DNA of 37,404 nt from Rhodobacterales bacterium (GCA_038323315.1 JBBQGU010000001.1:1-37404); one strand, 5' to 3'. Positions 18,585 through 27,010 are shown, numbered from the stretch's first letter. Notes: a model not told the origin generated them from the sequence alone. Numbers and translations: made by a program.

Positions 18585-18941
18585 ATGGGATTTTTTCACC
18601 TCGATTCAAACCAGCTTGCCGATCAGGAACTGACGGGTGAGGCCGTCATCCGCGTCAGCAGCAGCGCGTTCCAGACCGGCGACGGTTCCGAATGGGTCAA
18701 ATTCGACGCAGATACCCGCGGCTGGCTGTTCGACAACGGCTATCGCTATGACGGCACGGCAGATGGTCGCGTGCCACTGACCGTGGATATCGTTCCAGTT
18801 TATGACACGCCGACCAAGATGCATGTCCGGGTGCCTTGGATCGGCGATCTGACCGGGGCAGACGTGCCACCGGATGAAGCGAGCTATGGCGGCAGCTTTC
18901 CGGCGTTTTTGGCGCGGTACTTCATGCGACGGTGCAGGTGA
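18585..18941 (+). CDS. Small protein, candidate NHLP-like RiPP precursor
   Basis: GGAGG RBS; VPLTVDIVPVYDTPTKMHVRVP resembles the nitrile-hydratase-like leader motif; YGG followed by 15-aa SFPAFLARYFMRRCR. Confidence 0.65.
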   Translation: MGFFHLDSNQLADQELTGEAVIRVSSSAFQTGDGSEWVKFDADTRGWLFDNGYRYDGTADGRVPLTVDIVPVYDTPTKMHVRVPWIGDLTGADVPPDEASYGGSFPAFLARYFMRRCR

Positions 18942-18967
18942 GCGTTTTATCCCGGGGGGGGTCTGCG

Positions 18968-18992
18968 CGGGCCGGGGGTGTGTCCCGGCCCG
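18968..18992. terminator. GC-rich hairpin between convergent genes
   Basis: CGGGCCGGG-ggtgtgt-CCCGGCCCG. Confidence 0.45.
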
Positions 18993-19033
18993 ACGGGTTG
19001 GGACAGATAACGACACGTTCACCTTTACTTTTC

Positions 19034-21085
19034 CTACGCGTGGAAGTCGATCGGTTCGCGTTCGGGAGCGGCCCCGGCTGCCAGTTCCATCGCCATGGCG
19101 CGGGCGAGTTTGATGCCCTGTTCGAAGCCTTGTTGCGCCTTGGGGTGCAGGGTGGGGACGGTGGCCAGCAGCCAGTCTTCCAGATCTTGTTCGCTGGGGC
19201 TTTGGCCGCCTTCCCATAGTGGCGCGGTCAGGTCGCAAAAGACGCGGTAGGCGCGGGCGGCTTCGTCGCGCTGGCCAAGGCGAGCCCAGGCGGCCGCGGC
19301 CCAGACCACAAGATCGGGCACCACATCGGGGCATTTCTGGACGGTGGCAATCGTGGCGCGGAAGTCGCCGTTCAGGTAATAAATGCCCGCCAGATAGGCC
19401 GAGTAATATTCGGGGTAGATCGGGTTCAGCCGGATCGCCTGATCGGCCCAAAGGTACGCGTCGTCGAATTGGCCCAGAAACGCCATGCCGCTGGCGGCGG
19501 CGATCAGGGCTTCGGGTTCATGCGGGTTCAGATCGACTGCCAGCCGAAAATGCGACAAGGCACGCTCGGCCGAGCGGGCGATCAGCCAGCTCCACGCCAT
19601 GCTGATATGGCAGCGGCTGTCGAACGGATCGAGGGCGATGGCCTTTTGGGCGTGTTTGAACGCCGCGGCGGCATCGGCCTTGCGGGCAGGATACCCGGGG
19701 CGCACCATGGCGCGGGTGTTCAGGATTTGGGCAAGACTGGCATGGCCGCAGGCAAGGCCCGCATCCAGCACGATGGCCTGGGTGAACAGATCCTCGGCCT
19801 GCGCATCAGCTTCGGCGGTCCACAGGCGCGACAGTTGATGCCCGCGCAGCCACAGGTCATAGGCCACCGGGCTGCCCGGCGTCGACCGGGCATACCGCAG
19901 CAGCGACATGTAGTTGACCTGCGACGCGAGGTGCGCGGCCAAGGCGCCTGCGACACTGGAACTGAGCTCCAGAAGGTGATGTTCCGAAATGGGGTAGATG
20001 TTCGACCAGACCTCGCTGCCATCACGGCAGTCGATCAGCGTCACGAACAGTTTGCGGGTGGGGTCGCGCCAGTCCAGCACCAGATCGACCGCGAAATCGC
20101 CGTCAATCGCGTGGCCCACGGCGGTGTAATCGACGGCGGTGGTCGAACCATAGCCGGTGCTGGGCCATGGGATCACGATCCAGCAGCGAAAGCGCGAAAG
20201 GCAGGTTTTGGCAAGATAGGCGAAGCCTTCGGCCAGGTAATCCTTGGTGTCATCGCTGTAGCGGGTCAAGGGCGGGCGGATTGTGATGCGGGGCGGACCC
20301 TGACGCGTCCTGGAGATCGGACGGTCGACCACCGGGCGTTGCAAGGAAATGTCACCGCGTTTGATCGCCACCAGAAGGTCGGTGCTTTCGGGGCTGGGTT
20401 CGCTGTCCAACTCCTCTGCCAAGGCCAGTTCCATCAGTCCGTACTGCCGCAGCGCCGCCGATTGATCGCCCCGTGTGGCATGGAACTGCATCAGGAACTG
20501 ATGGGCCAGTTCATGCGACGGCTCGATCCGCACCAGTTCCTGCGCCAGACGGGCATCGCTGTAATCATCCGCGCCGATGCGATGTTCCAGATGGTCGGTC
20601 AGCGCCTTGGTCAACAGCGACCGCAGATGCGAGCGTTCGATCTGCAACCAGGCCTCGAACACCGGGGCCGATGGCAGGGTGGCGCCGAACAACTCACCCT
20701 TCCACAGATCGGCTGCGGCCAGGGCCGACCGGGCATCTGTCGCACCGGTGGCGATCAGGCTGCGGAAGGTCAGGGTGTCGACCTCGAACGCACCCGGGCG
20801 CAGTGACACGTTGAAGCGGTCGGCAACAAGGACATCCGCGCCCGCCGGTCCCAGAACCTCGCGCAGTTCTTTCAGTGACTGGCGCAGGCTGGCGCGGGCC
20901 TTGTCCTCGGGTGCAGGGTCCCAGAGCAGCGATGCCAGTTGTTCGCGGTTCATCGGCGCATCAGGATGCAGCAGCAACAGCGCCAGCAAACCGCGCGTCT
21001 TGCGGGTGCGAAACACGACCTGTTGGCCGGTCGACTGGTCCACCACACGGCAAACCCCCAACAATTCTGCCCGGAATGCGGCCAT
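19034..21085 (-). CDS. SARP-type regulator: winged HTH + BTAD + TolB-like segment + TPR repeats
   Basis: RKTRGLLALLLL, REQLASLLW, ARASLRQ, FEAWL..ER, EP.HE.AH..LM...RGDQSAALRQY; TPR ends ALDP, DLNP, RLNP; GAGG RBS before ATG 21085. Confidence 0.88.
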   Translation of the reverse strand: MAAFRAELLGVCRVVDQSTGQQVVFRTRKTRGLLALLLLHPDAPMNREQLASLLWDPAPEDKARASLRQSLKELREVLGPAGADVLVADRFNVSLRPGAFEVDTLTFRSLIATGATDARSALAAADLWKGELFGATLPSAPVFEAWLQIERSHLRSLLTKALTDHLEHRIGADDYSDARLAQELVRIEPSHELAHQFLMQFHATRGDQSAALRQYGLMELALAEELDSEPSPESTDLLVAIKRGDISLQRPVVDRPISRTRQGPPRITIRPPLTRYSDDTKDYLAEGFAYLAKTCLSRFRCWIVIPWPSTGYGSTTAVDYTAVGHAIDGDFAVDLVLDWRDPTRKLFVTLIDCRDGSEVWSNIYPISEHHLLELSSSVAGALAAHLASQVNYMSLLRYARSTPGSPVAYDLWLRGHQLSRLWTAEADAQAEDLFTQAIVLDAGLACGHASLAQILNTRAMVRPGYPARKADAAAAFKHAQKAIALDPFDSRCHISMAWSWLIARSAERALSHFRLAVDLNPHEPEALIAAASGMAFLGQFDDAYLWADQAIRLNPIYPEYYSAYLAGIYYLNGDFRATIATVQKCPDVVPDLVVWAAAAWARLGQRDEAARAYRVFCDLTAPLWEGGQSPSEQDLEDWLLATVPTLHPKAQQGFEQGIKLARAMAMELAAGAAPEREPIDFHA

Positions 21086-21270
21086 CACCCTCGTCCTGTC
21101 ACATGTCCGGCGACGATGCACGCCGCACTGCAGGCTTTCAACCCTGAAATCCAATGTGATTGACGTCAGGTTAATTTCCGTGTTGCTGCGGGCACGTGGA
21201 CGGCCATGCAGTGCTTGCAAAAGACGTCGCTGATCTTGTGCCGGGCAATGTGAACCTGGATCGGGTCAAG

Positions 21271-21295
21271 GGAACCATTCGCGGGGGCGGTTGTT
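21271..21295 (+). promoter_or_regulatory. EcfG (general stress response sigma)-type promoter for acidic ORF-ku-ligD
   Basis: GGAAC-N16-TGTT. Confidence 0.7.
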
Positions 21296-21343
21296 TGGTA
21301 AGGGTCCCCGCGCAGCAACGCGGGCGACCATGAAAGGTGCGCC

Positions 21344-21571
21344 ATGACCCAGATCAATCCCAACGCAGCAGATGACACGCTGCCCGCCGACAATGGTCAG
21401 CCTGTTTTCGATCAGGCTCTGGAAGACCTGCCATGGTCGCCCGAGGACGCTCTGCCGATGGACGACGACGGCAACATCTTGCCCGGCAATGACACGTTGG
21501 ACGAAGACCCGAACGACAACGGCGACAAGGAACACAACGATCCCGACGACCAGTTACTGCCACCGATCTGA
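21344..21571 (+). CDS. Small highly acidic hypothetical protein
   Basis: AAAGGT RBS, downstream of EcfG-type promoter, 24 bp before ku; 21 D/E and one K in 75 aa. Confidence 0.65.
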   Translation: MTQINPNAADDTLPADNGQPVFDQALEDLPWSPEDALPMDDDGNILPGNDTLDEDPNDNGDKEHNDPDDQLLPPI

Positions 21572-21595
21572 CGGGACCAGCACAAGGGGCATATC

Positions 21596-22423
21596 ATGGC
21601 ACCACGCGCCAGTTGGAAGGGCTTCCTGAAGATCGCAGACGTCATCTGCGGGGTCACGCTGTACACGGCCACCTCGACTTCGGACCGGATATCGCTGCAC
21701 ATCATCAACCGCGCCACCGGACACAAGGTCCGGCGGCAGTATGTTGACGGCGAAACCGGTGTGGCGGTCGACAAGGACGATCAGGTCAAAGGCTATGAGG
21801 TCAGCGACGGCGATTATATCATGCTGGACCCGGACGAGATTGCCGCCGTCGTGCCGGACAGTGACAAGACCCTGACCGTACAGGCGTTTGTCGCTTGCGA
21901 CGACGTTGATCAGGTCTATTTCGACAAACCCTATTATCTGGCGCCGTCCGACAGCATCGCCGAGGAAGCCTTTGCGCTGATCCGCGAGGGGATGCGCAAG
22001 CAAAAGGTGGCGGCGATCGCCCAGACGGTTATGTTTCGCCGGGTCCGCACCGTTCTGATCCGCCCCGAGGGAGCCGGAATGATCGCCACGACCTTGTCGT
22101 TCGACTACGAGGTCCGGTCCGCCGCGGAGGCGTTCGAGGATATCCCGCAGATGAAGATCAAGAGCGAGATGCGGGACCTGGCGCAGCATATCATCAAGAC
22201 CAAGGCGGGCGCTTTCGACCCCACGACCTTTGATGACCGGTATGAAAGCGCCTTGGCTGACCTTGTCAAAGCCAAATTGGACGGGAAAAAGATCGCACCG
22301 CGGCAGGAACCCGAGCGCCAGAAGACGTCCGACCTGTTGGTCGCACTGCGCGAGAGTGCGGGCGCTGGGCAGAAGGCGGAGCCGAAAGCCCCCGCCGCCG
22401 CGAAAAAGCGAAAAGCTGGCTGA
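21596..22423 (+). CDS. ku: Non-homologous end-joining protein Ku (copy 1)
   Basis: RASWKGFLK, VKGYE, YFDKPYYLAP, FDDRYE, basic C-terminal tail. Confidence 0.95.
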   Translation: MAPRASWKGFLKIADVICGVTLYTATSTSDRISLHIINRATGHKVRRQYVDGETGVAVDKDDQVKGYEVSDGDYIMLDPDEIAAVVPDSDKTLTVQAFVACDDVDQVYFDKPYYLAPSDSIAEEAFALIREGMRKQKVAAIAQTVMFRRVRTVLIRPEGAGMIATTLSFDYEVRSAAEAFEDIPQMKIKSEMRDLAQHIIKTKAGAFDPTTFDDRYESALADLVKAKLDGKKIAPRQEPERQKTSDLLVALRESAGAGQKAEPKAPAAAKKRKAG

Positions 22424-22424
22424 C

Positions 22425-24941
22425 ATGGCGCTGGAAACTTATGTGACCAAGCGCGATTTTCACACGACACCCGAGCCCGAAGGCAAGGTCGGCCCGGCAG
22501 GCGGCAACACCTTTGTCATTCAGAAACATCATGCCACCCGCCTGCATTACGATCTTCGGCTGGAACTGGACGGCGTACTGCTCAGTTGGGCCGTGACCAA
22601 AGGCCCCAGTCTGATTGCGGGCGAAAAACGACTGGCAGTGCATGTCGAGGATCACCCGCTGGACTATGGCGGATTTGAAGGCACGATTCCCAAGGGCGAA
22701 TATGGCGGCGGGACCGTGATCTTATGGGACAACGGCACCTGGACGCCCGAGGGTGACCCGCGCAAAGGCTATGCCAAGGGCCATTTGCAGTTCGATTTGC
22801 AGGGGCAAAAGCTGGGTGGCCGTTGGAATCTGGTGCGGATGCACGGCAAACCCGGCGAAAAGCGGGAAAACTGGTTGCTGATCAAGGTCGAAGATGCCTT
22901 TGCCCAGCCACCAGATGCGCCTGATATCCTGGAGGAGCGCCCGAAATCGGTGAAATCAGGCCGTGTCATTGGCGACTTCGCCAAGGATCCGCCCAAGGCG
23001 GCGGCGAAGAAACGCAAATCGCCGGTTGGTCCGGTCAATCCTGTCGCGGCGTCGCCCGCCGACACACCCGATCCCGCGACGATCAAGGGTGCCGTGAAAG
23101 CGCCCGTCCCTGCCTTTGTCGAACCCATGCTGGCGTCGCTCGCACCCTTGGCCCCAACGGGTCAACGCTGGCTGCATGAGATCAAGTTTGACGGTTACCG
23201 CCTGCAAGCGCGGATCGAGGCGGGGCGGGTCAAGCTGTTCACGCGCGGCGGGCTGGACTGGACCCGGAAATTCGGGACCGCCATGGCCGAGGCATTGCAG
23301 AACCTGCCGCTGGGGACTGCGGTGATCGATGGGGAACTGGTCGTCGAAACCGAAACGGGGGTGGCGGACTTTTCGGCGTTGCAGGCCGATCTGAGTGCGG
23401 GGCGGTCGGACCGGTTCGTCTATTACGTCTTTGATTTGCTGTACCTTGATGGATATGACCTGCGGTCCCTGCCGCTGACCACGCGCAAGGATATGCTGGG
23501 GCGGGTCGTGTCGGACCAAAACGGGCTGTTGCGATTGAGTGGCGATTTTGACGACAGCGGGGCGACGGTCTTGCGCCACGCCTGTCGGCTCGGTCTGGAA
23601 GGCATCGTGTCCAAGCTGAAGGATGCCCCCTATCGCAGCGGGCGCGGCAAGGCCTGGCAAAAGTCGAAATGTTCGTCGCGGCAGGAATTCGTCATCGCGG
23701 GCTATGTGCCGTCAACGGTGTCACGCCGGGCCATTGGCTCGCTGGTGCTGGGCGTGCAGGAGGGTGGCGCGTTGCAGCATGTCGGGCGGGTCGGCACCGG
23801 ATTTACCGCTGCGATGTCCGAGGCGCTGTTTGCAAAACTGGAACGGCTGCGGGTGCCGGACAGCCCCTTCCCTGCCGCCTTGACCGCCGCAGAGGCGCGG
23901 CAGGTCAGATATGTGCGCCCGGACCTGGTGGCCGAGGTCGCGTTCAGCGCCTGGACGGCGGACGGCCATCTGCGCCACGCGTCGTTTCGTGGCCTGAGAG
24001 ATGACAAGAAAGCGGGTGAGATCATGCGCGAAGATCCTGAGACGAGGGACAAATCCGCTGCGGGGTTCAACGTCACACTGACCCATCCGGACCGGATCTA
24101 CTGGCCGGACGCGGGCGTGACCAAACAGGGGCTGGCCGATTACTATGCCGAGGTCTGGGACCATATTGCGCCCCATATCACCGGTCGGCCACTGGCCCTG
24201 CTGCGCTGCCCGACGGGCATCGCGGGCGAACAATTCTTTCAAAAAAACGCGTGGAAGGGGCTGAACCCTGCGATTGTCCTGGTCAATGACCCCAAGGACA
24301 AGGGCGACGATCAACTGATCAGCATCGACAGTCTGGATGGCCTGATCGGTCTGGTGCAGGCATCGGTTCTGGAAATTCACCCCTGGGGCTCGACTTTGGC
24401 GGATTGGCAGCGGCCAGACAGGATCGTCATGGATCTGGACCCCGGCGAGGATGTGACTTGGGCCAATGTCATCGCGGCGGCCCTGGAGGTTCGAGACCGG
24501 CTGGCAGCGGCGGGGCTTGGGGCCTTTGTCAAGACGTCGGGGGGCAAGGGGTTGCATGTGGTGGCCCCGCTGACACCAAAAGCGGATTGGCCGCAGGTCA
24601 AGGCGTTTGCCAAGTCCATGGCCGATCAGATGGCGTCGGACAGCCCGGACCTGTATGTCGCAACCGTCACGAAATCCAAGCGGCACGGCAAGATCCTGAT
24701 CGACTATCTGCGCAACCAACGCGGTGCCACAGCCGTCGCAGCGTTTTCAACCCGCGCGCGTCCCGGTGCTGCCGTCTCGGCCCCTTTGGCATGGGAGGAA
24801 TTGGGGCCAGGGATTGGTCCGGCCCATTTTACCGTCGAGAACATGCTCCAGCGGCTGACAGCATTGTCCACCGATCCGTGGAGCGAACTTCAGGCGGCTG
24901 CCCGGCCCTTGCAGACTCCGGCAGCGCGCAAGCGGAAGTAG
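22425..24941 (+). CDS. ligD: DNA ligase D (phosphoesterase-ligase-polymerase order)
   Basis: FVIQKHHATRLHYDLRLE, EIKFDGYR, EGIVSK, LTHPDR..WP, KTSGGKGLH, IDYLRN; ATG 1 bp after ku stop. Confidence 0.96.
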   Translation: MALETYVTKRDFHTTPEPEGKVGPAGGNTFVIQKHHATRLHYDLRLELDGVLLSWAVTKGPSLIAGEKRLAVHVEDHPLDYGGFEGTIPKGEYGGGTVILWDNGTWTPEGDPRKGYAKGHLQFDLQGQKLGGRWNLVRMHGKPGEKRENWLLIKVEDAFAQPPDAPDILEERPKSVKSGRVIGDFAKDPPKAAAKKRKSPVGPVNPVAASPADTPDPATIKGAVKAPVPAFVEPMLASLAPLAPTGQRWLHEIKFDGYRLQARIEAGRVKLFTRGGLDWTRKFGTAMAEALQNLPLGTAVIDGELVVETETGVADFSALQADLSAGRSDRFVYYVFDLLYLDGYDLRSLPLTTRKDMLGRVVSDQNGLLRLSGDFDDSGATVLRHACRLGLEGIVSKLKDAPYRSGRGKAWQKSKCSSRQEFVIAGYVPSTVSRRAIGSLVLGVQEGGALQHVGRVGTGFTAAMSEALFAKLERLRVPDSPFPAALTAAEARQVRYVRPDLVAEVAFSAWTADGHLRHASFRGLRDDKKAGEIMREDPETRDKSAAGFNVTLTHPDRIYWPDAGVTKQGLADYYAEVWDHIAPHITGRPLALLRCPTGIAGEQFFQKNAWKGLNPAIVLVNDPKDKGDDQLISIDSLDGLIGLVQASVLEIHPWGSTLADWQRPDRIVMDLDPGEDVTWANVIAAALEVRDRLAAAGLGAFVKTSGGKGLHVVAPLTPKADWPQVKAFAKSMADQMASDSPDLYVATVTKSKRHGKILIDYLRNQRGATAVAAFSTRARPGAAVSAPLAWEELGPGIGPAHFTVENMLQRLTALSTDPWSELQAAARPLQTPAARKRK

Positions 24942-24944
24942 GTT

Positions 24945-25742
24945 TCAACCTTTGGTCTTTTCGCTTGCGATGCTTTTCTTCAGCGCGTCCATGATATTGA
25001 TGACATTGCCCTTCGGTGCCTCGGCGGCTTCGATTTTGGCCGGACGCTTGCGGCCCTTTTTCTTGGCGGCAATGATCTGCAGCAGTTTGGCCTGGACGGG
25101 ATCTGCGACCATCTGGGGCGTCCATGGCGCGGTACGCTCGTCGATCAGTTTGGTCACCAGTGTCATCAGGGCGGCTTCGGGCTTTTTGGCCTTGGTCTTG
25201 GCGAAGTAGTCCGCCTGATCCCGGACCTCGTCCCCATAGCGCAGGGTCCAAAGGACAATGCCGTTGCCACGTGGTTGCAGCAGAACGGCGCGTTCGCGGC
25301 GGTACAGGACAACCCGCGAAATCCCCACTGTCCCACTGGCCGCCATGGCATCGCGGATGACCGAAAACGCCTCCTCGCCCACGGAATCATTGGGCACCAG
25401 ATAATGCGGCGTGTCGAACCAGACCGAGTCGATCGAGGCAGTGGGCACGAACATGTCGATGTCGATGGTGTGGGTGCTTTCAAGGGCGACGGCGTCCACC
25501 TCGTCGTCCTCCAGCAGCACGAAATCATCTTCGCCGCGCGGATAGCCCTTGACCTCGTCTTCGTCGGCGACGGGCTTGCCGCTGACGGCGTCGACATACT
25601 GGCTGACGACGCGGTTACCGGTCTTGGCGTTCAGCGTGTGAAAGCGCAATTTTTCACTGTCCGTGGTCGCAGGCATCATCGCGACCGGGCATGTCACGAG
25701 GGACAGTTTCAGATAACCTTTCCAGAATGAACGCGGTGCCAT
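24945..25742 (-). CDS. ku: Non-homologous end-joining protein Ku (copy 2)
   Basis: RSFWKGYLKLSLV, VKGY, WFDTPHYL, NVINIMDALKKS; real start ATG 25742. Confidence 0.93.
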   Translation of the reverse strand: MAPRSFWKGYLKLSLVTCPVAMMPATTDSEKLRFHTLNAKTGNRVVSQYVDAVSGKPVADEDEVKGYPRGEDDFVLLEDDEVDAVALESTHTIDIDMFVPTASIDSVWFDTPHYLVPNDSVGEEAFSVIRDAMAASGTVGISRVVLYRRERAVLLQPRGNGIVLWTLRYGDEVRDQADYFAKTKAKKPEAALMTLVTKLIDERTAPWTPQMVADPVQAKLLQIIAAKKKGRKRPAKIEAAEAPKGNVINIMDALKKSIASEKTKG

Positions 25743-25772
25743 GCTGAATTTCCCTAACCCGTGAGAATTAGA

Positions 25773-25797
25773 AACACCTGTGCACAAATCTGGTTCC
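25773..25797 (-). promoter_or_regulatory. EcfG-type promoter for second ku
   Basis: GGAAC-N16-TGTT on minus strand, 30 nt before ATG. Confidence 0.7.
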
Positions 25798-25863
25798 ATC
25801 GGGAGGAACAAGCATGATCCAGCCAACGCACCGGATCGGTGACAGAATTTCCACGACACCGGC

Positions 25864-25888
25864 GGAACTGCGGCCGCTTTGACAAGTT
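25864..25888 (+). promoter_or_regulatory. EcfG-type promoter for small protein-DUF892 unit
   Basis: GGAAC-N16-AGTT. Confidence 0.6.
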
Positions 25889-25940
25889 TATGAGACAGGT
25901 CGGCAATGCGCCTGCCAAAGACAAGCCGGAGGAATCGAAT

Positions 25941-26117
25941 ATGGCCGACACGAAATCTGCGACCAACCAAAACAGCAAAACGACCGCTGCCGCGTCCAAG
26001 CCGGCAACCCCTGCGCGGGACGAAGACGGCCGCTTTACCGAAAAGACGGAGGGCGGGTCCAGCAAATCGACCGCCGGCAAAAGCGGTACAAAGGGCTCCG
26101 CATCCAAATCCCGCTGA
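25941..26117 (+). CDS. Small hydrophilic stress protein with RDEDGRF motif
   Basis: GGAGGA RBS; 58 aa, S/T/K/G/A-rich, essentially no hydrophobic core. Confidence 0.7.
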   Translation: MADTKSATNQNSKTTAAASKPATPARDEDGRFTEKTEGGSSKSTAGKSGTKGSASKSR

Positions 26118-26181
26118 TCCCCTGATGCCGGGCCGCGATGGGCGGGCCGGTAACGTTGCAACCGAAACGATGGAGAAAATC

Positions 26182-26676
26182 ATGGCCGAGAAAACACTGG
26201 AAGACCTGTTCCTCGACACCTTGAAGGACATCTATTACGCCGAACGGCAGATCCTGAAGACGCTGCCAAAGATGGTGCGCGCGGCGGTGTCGCCCGAGTT
26301 GAAACAGGCGTTTCGCGACCACCGCCAAGAAACGGAGGGTCAGGTCGAGCGTCTGCAACAGGTCTTTGAGATGCTGGGCAAGCGCGCGCAGGGCAAGACC
26401 TGCCCCGCAATTGACGGTATCATGGACGAGGGCGCTGAAATCATTGAAGAATACGGCAAAAGCCCTGCAATTGACGCCGCGTTGGCTGCCGTCGCACAGG
26501 CGGTCGAGCATTATGAGATTGCCCGGTACGGTGCGCTGTGCACCTGGGCCAGCACGCTTGGCCACACCGATGCGGTGACCCTGTTGCAAACGACGCTGGC
26601 CGAGGAAAAGGCTTGCGACCAAAAGTTGTCGGCTATTGCCGAAAACGTCAATACCACGGCGATGGCAGCCGAATAG
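26182..26676 (+). CDS. Ferritin-like DUF892 (YciE/YciF family) protein
   Basis: LKDIYYAERQI, H..ETEGQVERL, AQAVEHYEIARYG, TLAEEK; GGAGA RBS. Confidence 0.93.
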   Translation: MAEKTLEDLFLDTLKDIYYAERQILKTLPKMVRAAVSPELKQAFRDHRQETEGQVERLQQVFEMLGKRAQGKTCPAIDGIMDEGAEIIEEYGKSPAIDAALAAVAQAVEHYEIARYGALCTWASTLGHTDAVTLLQTTLAEEKACDQKLSAIAENVNTTAMAAE

Positions 26677-26680
26677 GCAC

Positions 26681-26715
26681 GCGGCGCCTTGACCCCGGTC
26701 AAGGCGCCGCATTTT
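26681..26715 (+). terminator. Stem-loop after DUF892 gene
   Basis: Perfect 14-bp inverted repeat GCGGCGCCTTGACC / GGTCAAGGCGCCGC followed by ATTTT. Confidence 0.65.
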
Positions 26716-26733
26716 CAGGAAAGCGAGCATCCG

Positions 26734-26907
26734 ATGTCGACCGAAGATACCACAACACCCGTTGATCCCCACCGCCGTCCGATGCCCAAGGTTATCGACC
26801 AGCGTCAGCAGCAGAATGACCCTGCCCGACATCACACGGTCGATCCCAACGACCGCCCGGCCAGCAACACCAAACAGCCCGGCGTACCGGTCGGCGGCGA
26901 AGAATGA
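26734..26907 (+). CDS. Small hydrophilic hypothetical protein (57 aa)
   Basis: AGGAAAG upstream, P/D/Q/R-rich, fits the gap between DUF892 and next promoter. Confidence 0.5.
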   Translation: MSTEDTTTPVDPHRRPMPKVIDQRQQQNDPARHHTVDPNDRPASNTKQPGVPVGGEE

Positions 26908-26939
26908 TTGCCAGGTCGTTAATATACTAACATCAAAGC

Positions 26940-26964
26940 GGAACAAATTCGCGTGAGGCGCGTT
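26940..26964 (+). promoter_or_regulatory. EcfG-type promoter (perfect consensus)
   Basis: GGAAC-N16-CGTT. Confidence 0.8.
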
Positions 26965-27010
26965 GGTCTATGCGTCCGGTTTTAACGCGTCAGCAAAACA
27001 GAGGTTTCCC

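Noticed and set aside
18585-18941. Nitrile hydratase alpha subunit
   Set aside because: No CxxCSC metal-binding motif, too short, no beta subunit
25805-25830. Additional GGAAC sites (25805, 30350 region, 30787) as EcfG promoters
   Set aside because: No NGTT element at 16-17 nt spacing
25743-26231. 163-aa N-terminal extension of the second Ku (and extensions of LigD, DUF892, SARP, peroxidase in the ORF track)
   Set aside because: Family similarity begins at later ATGs with RBS or promoter support; extensions overlap other genes or promoters
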